Shown: positions 17,258-20,000 of the stretch, piece by piece
Layout: the number at the start of each line of letters is the position of its first letter
Position numbering within the stretch: position 1 is the first letter of the stretch
Origin: an uncultured virus (IMG/VR IMGVR_UViG_3300021375_000010)
Taxonomy: Duplodnaviria; Heunggongvirae; Uroviricota; Caudoviricetes
IMG/VR virus record: IMGVR_UViG_3300021375_000010
DNA: 20,000 nucleotides
Direction: 5' to 3' (one strand)
The notes under the pieces: generated by a model
What the model was told of the DNA's origin: nothing
The model's database searches: none
Seen by the model: only the letters and a program-made list of their open reading frames with translations
Position numbers and translations under genes: made by a program

Positions 17258-18661
17258 ATGAAAAGTTTTTCCGAATTTAAAACACCAAAAATAGAAGATA
17301 TAAAGTTAGACTTACCTACAATAAGTGAGTTGACTGTATCTCCATACTACACACAAAGAGGTGTAGCGAATCCGTATTATGATTTAGATATCAGTATGGA
17401 TGCTATCACAGCACAAGTTGGTGAAGGTGATATTAAATTTAAGAATGTTGAGAGTGCAAGTGGACAAGAAATATTTTCTGTAGGGAATGGTAAGTTTTTC
17501 TTCCAAGTAGAAAAGAATGGAAGTGACACTCCATACTATGTAAGGACTACTAAGAGTGCTGTTAAATCGCACTTAGGTATGGGTAAACGAAAGGATTCGA
17601 CAGCTTCATCTAATGTGAATGAGTTATTATCTGTATATTTTTTAGATAAAACCAGTGAGATGAAAATGGACTCCGTGGAATGGGAGATGGTAATAGGTAA
17701 GAAGTCAGGCAAGACTGGTGTGTTACTTGGAGACGGAAGTCCGCTTACCTATGAGACCATGATTCAGTTGATAGATAAAGATGAAACTGCACAAAGAGAT
17801 ATCAAGATTGGTCAACACAATGCTAGAGCAATTCTGCAAGACTTAAGTGGTCAATCAATTAAGAATGTATACTGGACACCACGTGGAAAGCCAGGCGGTA
17901 TCTCAGATAAGAACCCTTCAGATGTTATGGTTGAACTTTCGAGTGGAACGTTCATAGGATACTCTAACAAGATTGCTGCTGGTAAAGATATGACACCAAA
18001 GATGAATGCATCTGCTGTCGCACAGTATAGTAAACTTGGGGATTCAAAACAATTAAAATCAGTTATGAATCACATTGATGTTGCATGGGATGAAGCAGTC
18101 AATAGTGTTAAAAACAAAGAAGTGCAAAAAGAGTTGAAAGTTAAATGGACTTCTAAAGTTAAGAGAGAGAAGTACACAGAAGGTGGTTCAAAAGCATCAT
18201 TCTATAAGATAGGTCAACTATTCACTAAACATGGGTTGAGTTTTTATTCAGAAGATTTCTATTATCCATTTAGAAATTCTGTTATCCAACAGATGTCAAA
18301 ACACTTGTCTAAACCAAATAACCTATTATACATGTTGAACACTATGGGGTATTACACTTATCCCGATGCTAACTCTACACCATGTCCATACAAGTTATTG
18401 ATTGGTTCAGAGAGTGGGTCAAAGATGAAAGACGTAGGTGCTAATGAAGAATTAAAAGCAGTATGTCTCGATGAAAATCCTAAAAATTATGGGAACATCA
18501 AAGTCAATTACGTGAAGGGACAACAAAGTTTTACTTTGTCGTTTGTATATAAACCACTGAAGAAGTATTGTGAACTTCCCATTACTATGAGGACAAGGGC
18601 GTCCGGCGGTTGGGCAGGTAAAGCATTATATATGAGTTCTTCAGGCATTAGGATTAAATAA
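17258..18661 (+). CDS. Hypothetical protein (467 aa) with a putative PD-(D/E)xK-like nuclease core
   Basis: Long ORF; ATG 17258 (MKSFSEFK) is preferred over TTG 17207 inside gp46. Motifs NVNELLS ... NPSDVMV ... IGYSNK. The function is inferred. Confidence 0.7.
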   Translation: MKSFSEFKTPKIEDIKLDLPTISELTVSPYYTQRGVANPYYDLDISMDAITAQVGEGDIKFKNVESASGQEIFSVGNGKFFFQVEKNGSDTPYYVRTTKSAVKSHLGMGKRKDSTASSNVNELLSVYFLDKTSEMKMDSVEWEMVIGKKSGKTGVLLGDGSPLTYETMIQLIDKDETAQRDIKIGQHNARAILQDLSGQSIKNVYWTPRGKPGGISDKNPSDVMVELSSGTFIGYSNKIAAGKDMTPKMNASAVAQYSKLGDSKQLKSVMNHIDVAWDEAVNSVKNKEVQKELKVKWTSKVKREKYTEGGSKASFYKIGQLFTKHGLSFYSEDFYYPFRNSVIQQMSKHLSKPNNLLYMLNTMGYYTYPDANSTPCPYKLLIGSESGSKMKDVGANEELKAVCLDENPKNYGNIKVNYVKGQQSFTLSFVYKPLKKYCELPITMRTRASGGWAGKALYMSSSGIRIK

Positions 18662-19272
18662 TGTATCAATTAGTTGAAGAAGCGAGTAAAGTATTAAGGA
18701 CACGTCCAAATGATTTTGATTTTGAGACAAGGGAAGACGCTGAAGAGATAGAGAGTAAATTGTCGGAGACCATGGAACAATATGGTGGTCTTGGTTTGAG
18801 TGCAAATCAAGTGGGACTAGATGCTAGAGTTTTTGTCATGAGAACACAGGACGGTATTCAAGCATTCTTTAATCCCGAGTTAACTAAAGTGTCTCAAGAA
18901 ACAGACTTAATGAAAGAGGGGTGTTTATCGTTCCCCGATATATACCTTATGATTAAGAGACCCAAAGTGTGTGAACTTAGATGGAGTAACGCTAAGGGCG
19001 AAGAAAACACACAACTATTTGATGGTATCGGTGCAAGATGTATACAACATGAACTAGACCATCTCAACGGTATCTTGTTCTTACAAAGAGCGAGTAAATT
19101 GAAATTAGAACGTGCTTTAAAATCACGTCCTAAAGAAAAACGAAAAAGACTAGATTATGAAAAACGACAAGCATATGCAAGATTCATCCAAGAACAACAG
19201 GAAGCTCAATCTAATAACTCAGAACGAGATGACATCTCCGCAAGAGAATCAGATTCTAATTCAGTGGTTTAG
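18661..19272 (+). CDS. def: Peptide deformylase
   Basis: All three PDF motifs are present: GLGLSANQVG, EGCLS and QHELDHLNG. TAATG overlap with the upstream gene. Confidence 0.96.
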   Translation: MYQLVEEASKVLRTRPNDFDFETREDAEEIESKLSETMEQYGGLGLSANQVGLDARVFVMRTQDGIQAFFNPELTKVSQETDLMKEGCLSFPDIYLMIKRPKVCELRWSNAKGEENTQLFDGIGARCIQHELDHLNGILFLQRASKLKLERALKSRPKEKRKRLDYEKRQAYARFIQEQQEAQSNNSERDDISARESDSNSVV

Positions 19273-19831
19273 AGAAAACTTACAAGACCTTAGAAGTGTT
19301 GGTGATGGTTCCGATTACGTTGGAATCAATATCATACACATACACGACCATTTTATAAGGACACTCCTTAGACGAATTCAATTTGATGCTGTTGCAGAGA
19401 TTTATAAAAGAACTGGTAGTAAACAGTATCCCGAAATGTGTATTATGACAGAGTGGCCAATCGGTGGTTTTCAACGCCCACATAAAGATACCTACTCTTC
19501 AGTTGAACTAATTTACGGTTTAGAGAATGACGACAAACCTAAAAGAGAGTGGACTCTTATATTAAATCTCAATAGCAACTTTGGTGATGGTAAGACATAC
19601 TTCCCCGATGATGACTATACACACGACCCTGTATCGGGACAGGGAGTCCTGTTCCAAGGACTTTATCACGAACATGGTGTACAGAAGGTTCGAAGATGTC
19701 CTCGTTACACTATCGCCATGTGGTTCTCCGCTGACCCAAACAACATGCTTACCGATATGGTCACAAATGACCTTAAAGAAGACCAATTTTCTTTACTAGG
19801 AATGCAATTACCCACTAGACAAAGCCAGTAA
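19157..19831 (+). CDS. 2OG-Fe(II) oxygenase, prolyl-hydroxylase-like (start uncertain: 19157, 19175 or 19229)
   Basis: HxD (PHKD), WTLILNLNSNFGDGKTYF, GQGVLFQG..HEHGVQKV...RYTIAMWF. Confidence 0.87.
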   Translation: MKNDKHMQDSSKNNRKLNLITQNEMTSPQENQILIQWFRENLQDLRSVGDGSDYVGINIIHIHDHFIRTLLRRIQFDAVAEIYKRTGSKQYPEMCIMTEWPIGGFQRPHKDTYSSVELIYGLENDDKPKREWTLILNLNSNFGDGKTYFPDDDYTHDPVSGQGVLFQGLYHEHGVQKVRRCPRYTIAMWFSADPNNMLTDMVTNDLKEDQFSLLGMQLPTRQSQ

Positions 19832-19866
19832 CTTTTTGATACTATAGTATCTGTTGGATTGATTAA

Positions 19867-19943
19867 GTCCTTGTAGCTCAACTGGATAGAGCAACAGCCT
19901 TCTAAGCTGTAGGTTATAGGTTCGACTCCTATCGGGGACGCCA
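19867..19943 (+). tRNA. tRNA-Arg (anticodon UCU)
   Basis: Acceptor stem GTCCTTG/CGGGGAC, D arm GCTC..GAGC, anticodon arm ACAGC-CTTCTAA-GCTGT, T arm ATAGG-TTCGACT-CCTAT and an encoded CCA; 77 nt. Confidence 0.97.
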
Positions 19944-19966
19944 ATCCAAACCCCCCCAAATTAAAT

Positions 19967-19996
19967 TTGACAAAGCCCCTCACTTTTTTGTATACT
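19967..19996 (+). promoter_or_regulatory. sigma70-type early promoter for a gene beyond the window
   Basis: TTGACA (19967-19972), an 18-nt spacer and TATACT (19991-19996), with AT-rich sequence upstream. Confidence 0.72.
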
Positions 19997-20000
19997 ATGT

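Noticed and set aside
19950..19960. C7 run after the tRNA as an att site or phase-variable tract
   Set aside because: There is no integrase or duplicated tRNA end in the window, and a single short homopolymer is not enough evidence.
111..19983. Minus-strand and alternative-frame ORFs in the track (for example 111-428, 6911-7219, 9130-9429, 14219-14536, 15909-16280, 19705-19983, 3843-4049, 8841-9152, 19581-19799)
   Set aside because: They are shadows of well-supported + strand genes or the tRNA, with no recognisable motifs and compositions typical of antisense frames.
1..20000. Introns, inteins, homing endonucleases, CRISPR arrays or stop-codon reassignment
   Set aside because: Core genes are uninterrupted and of expected length. 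I saw no HNH, GIY-YIG or LAGLIDADG motifs and no repeat-spacer arrays. TAA, TAG and TGA all end genes at expected positions.

Overview
This window is part of an AT-rich T4-like myophage genome with a marine-type gene order, and all credible genes are on the + strand. It runs from the 3' part of terminase gp17 through the tail and head module (gp18, gp19, gp20, two small prohead-core genes, gp21, gp22, gp23). It continues with a small late gene, gp3, uvsY, a 2OG-Fe(II) oxygenase, uvsW and a conserved hypothetical gene. Next come an unannotated array of five tiny coupled membrane-protein ORFs, gp55, gp47, gp46, a 467-aa nuclease-like protein, peptide deformylase, a second 2OG-Fe(II) oxygenase and tRNA-Arg(UCU). 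The main points of interest are: (1) the micro-membrane-protein array, faced by an antisense promoter that mirrors the gp55 promoter; (2) a PD-(D/E)xK-like protein with a capsid-targeting-like N-terminus; (3) recurring TAAATA-N5-ATG leaderless late genes; and (4) near-complete avoidance of GATC and GGWCC. Family assignments come from motif and synteny recognition, not database searches. The host cannot be determined from this window.
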